This document shows positions 37,873 to 39,433 of a stretch of 39,433 nt of DNA, piece after piece. The stretch comes from Rotaria sp. Its lineage: Eukaryota. Both the position numbers and the translations under genes were made by a program. Within the stretch, counting starts at the first letter, position 1; each line of letters opens with the position of its first letter. The DNA lies in NCBI GenBank assembly GCA_905250055.1, contig CAJNOF010000078.1, forward strand, positions 294,340 through 333,772. Reading direction: 5' to 3'. The notes below the pieces were generated by a model. That model was not told the origin of the DNA. It worked only from the letters and a program-made list of their open reading frames with translations, and did no database searches.

Positions 37873-38330
37873 GTAAGTTATGCAAGTGTTATGAAGTACG
37901 ATCTAAAAGAAACGTTGAAGTATATATAGTGGACATTTGGACTCACTGCTTTCGTAATGCGTCTCACGAACATTTAGTAAAAGAAGGATGAAGACATGTA
38001 TCTCAGGATACATATTGAATGAAATAATCTTCTTTTGATTATTGCGACAATAGCTTTTTCGTTCAAGTTCATATTCGAATATAAAAACGTTTTCTCAAAA
38101 AGTCAATCTAGAGAGTATTTAATTATAGAATATTTAATGCCAATGATTGAACCTAAATATATTGATTTCCCTCAGGAACTTGAAACTATGCTTTGGTATT
38201 TAATTTGGAAATCAAAAATTTGAATCCTTCTGTAAGGAAACAAATATTCTTGTCACACTTTGTTTTTCACAAAAATCTATAGATTATTTAATTTCACTTC
38301 TGTTTTCAATATTCTGTATTTTTCTTTAAG

Positions 38331-38453
38331 AAAAAATGCTTGCACACGAAGAGCGATCGTCGAAAGTACAGCTGGAATCTGACGATGAAGACGATGATCA
38401 TGGGTTAGACATATTCGGTGATTATACACCAGCAACTTCATACTCAGCATCTG
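38331..38453 (+). CDS. Alternative first coding exon B (ATG at 38336, MLAHEERSSKVQLESDDEDDDHGLDIFGDYTPATSYSAS, phase-1 donor G|gtgagt at 38454). It is a tandem duplicate of exon A.
   Basis: About 85 percent identity to unit A across tttt(t)ca(c)aaaa(g/a)tctatagattatttaattt..ctgtatttttctttaag. Conserved peptide core D.IGFDYF..TASYSA vs LDIFGDYTPATSYSA. The downstream intron start is also conserved (ttatg.aa.t..tatgaa..acgat.taaaa.gaacgttgaagtat). Confidence 0.45.
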
Positions 38454-38852
38454 GTGAGTCATGGAAATTTTATGAAACACGATTTAAAAAGAACGTTGAA
38501 GTATTTAAATTAGAAGCTATATCAGAACTTCTTTCTTATTTATATTTGGAGAGGATTATGCAAAATCAGATTGAAGAAGTGTTTTCCAAGTAATGTTATT
38601 AGTTGTTTTCTTGAAGAAGATACCTGTATATAAGAACGGCATCTAAAAACAATAGTGATTTATTAAGTACTGAACACTATAGAATCTTTTCATTGATGAC
38701 TGAACTTCATTCAGGAACTGATAATTAATACTCACTGTAATGTTTAATTTGAGATTCAGAGAGTTCAATGGTTTCATAATCCTTGTTTTTCAAAAAATAC
38801 ATCGTTTAATTGTTTCTACATATAATTTTGATGTTCTATCCTCGAAATGTAG

Positions 38853-38993
38853 ATTTCCTTTTGGAGCAGAAGCCTGCACCAAAAGAGGATTCAATGCAAC
38901 AACCGTTGAAATTGTTCGAGTCAGAGAATGAAGGCAATGCGATAGATTGGAGCATTTTGGACTGTATGGACGAGTCCTCCTATATCGACTTTA
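38853..38993 (+). CDS. Shared downstream exon (phase 1 in, phase 1 out) encoding (D/H)FLLEQKPAPKEDSMQQPLKLFESENEGNAIDWSILDCMDESSYIDF. Acceptor gaaatgtag|, donor A|gtaagt at 38994. The gene continues beyond the window.
   Basis: It is frame-compatible with both upstream alternative exons and has strong splice consensus at both ends. It is acidic with a W..L..D motif. The product is unidentified. Confidence 0.45.
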
Positions 38994-39433
38994 GTAAGTT
39001 ATACAACTTTTAATATAAGTAGCGAATATTGTAAGAAAAGTTTATTAAACTAACATATTCCGTTTGACAATAATATATATATACAATAGAATTTTATGAG
39101 AATATTCCGATAAATACCGAAACCTCTCAAAAATGAATTGTGGAAGCTACTGCGTAGCGTACGAGGGTAATGGGTAAATATTAGACTATCTGTTTCTAAA
39201 CGACCGTTATACTTATTCAACTAAATTTCCATTTAGATCATTGCCATGTGAGAAAAACCAAGCCTAGGCCAGACGATTGTCTTATAGCTTTGACTGAACG
39301 AGACATTTTTACGAAAATGTACGCATAAAACTTTGTCATCACTCAGTATAATCTATTCACTAAATATAGTCTAATATTAAAATTGATTTGTTAGATAACT
39401 ATGTTCTCTCATCGTTTACAAATTGACATATAA

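Noticed and set aside
37861-37895. A possible 14-nt intron (C|gtaagttatgcaag|TG) within the 37767-37991 ORF.
   Set aside because: It is far below minimal intron size. The GTAAGT is better explained as the real donor ending the first exon.
1-39433. Prokaryotic interpretation of the window (operons, defence systems, CRISPR, terminators).
   Set aside because: Every conserved gene is split by GT..AG introns with correct phase. AATAAA signals and poly-T tracts are present. No Shine-Dalgarno-driven gene packing, no CRISPR repeats and no rRNA/tRNA were found. The DNA is eukaryotic nuclear DNA.

Overview
This window is eukaryotic nuclear DNA, not prokaryotic. It is AT-rich, and every multi-exon gene has GT..AG introns. 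Most introns are micro-introns of about 50-68 nt, mixed with a few of 1-2 kb. Five genes have a splice-acceptor AG directly abutting the ATG, which suggests SL trans-splicing. Seven protein-coding loci could be reconstructed. Four are clear orthologues of conserved genes: (1) an SLC12A9-type cation-chloride cotransporter, 10 exons, + strand 4899-12734; (2) a TIPRL/TIP41 gene, 2 exons, + strand 12976-15242, starting only 242 bp after SLC12A9; (3) a vault-type PARP4 with BRCT, PARP catalytic, VIT and vWA domains, at least 16 exons, + strand 29184 to beyond 35466; (4) a small acidic-protein gene with two tandemly duplicated alternative first exons, + strand 37767 to past 38993. Three look accessory or foreign: (5) a tocopherol-cyclase (VTE1)-like gene with TM anchors, - strand 608-1968; (6) an intronless gene fusing a WWE (poly-ADP-ribose reader) domain to an R-S-E (cholera-toxin/ecto-ART type) mono-ADP-ribosyltransferase domain, - strand 16363-17418; (7) an intronless membrane protein made of three tandem two-TM hairpin modules, - strand 21651-22622. 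Non-genic content includes a 1.7-kb non-autonomous foldback DNA transposon with about 190-bp TIRs inside SLC12A9 intron 4, an 850-bp foldback element whose arms are arrays of a 13-16 bp subrepeat, smaller MITE-like hairpins, a 2x104-bp tandem repeat, and several short (TGTGGG)n telomere-like tracts paired with inverted CACACCC partners. Micro-introns, AG|ATG acceptors, TGTGGG tracts and bacterial-like genes next to core metazoan genes together resemble a bdelloid-rotifer-like genome, but this is an inference. No rRNA, tRNA or CRISPR was found. The most interesting candidate is the WWE-ART fusion gene, about 12 kb from the PARP4 orthologue.
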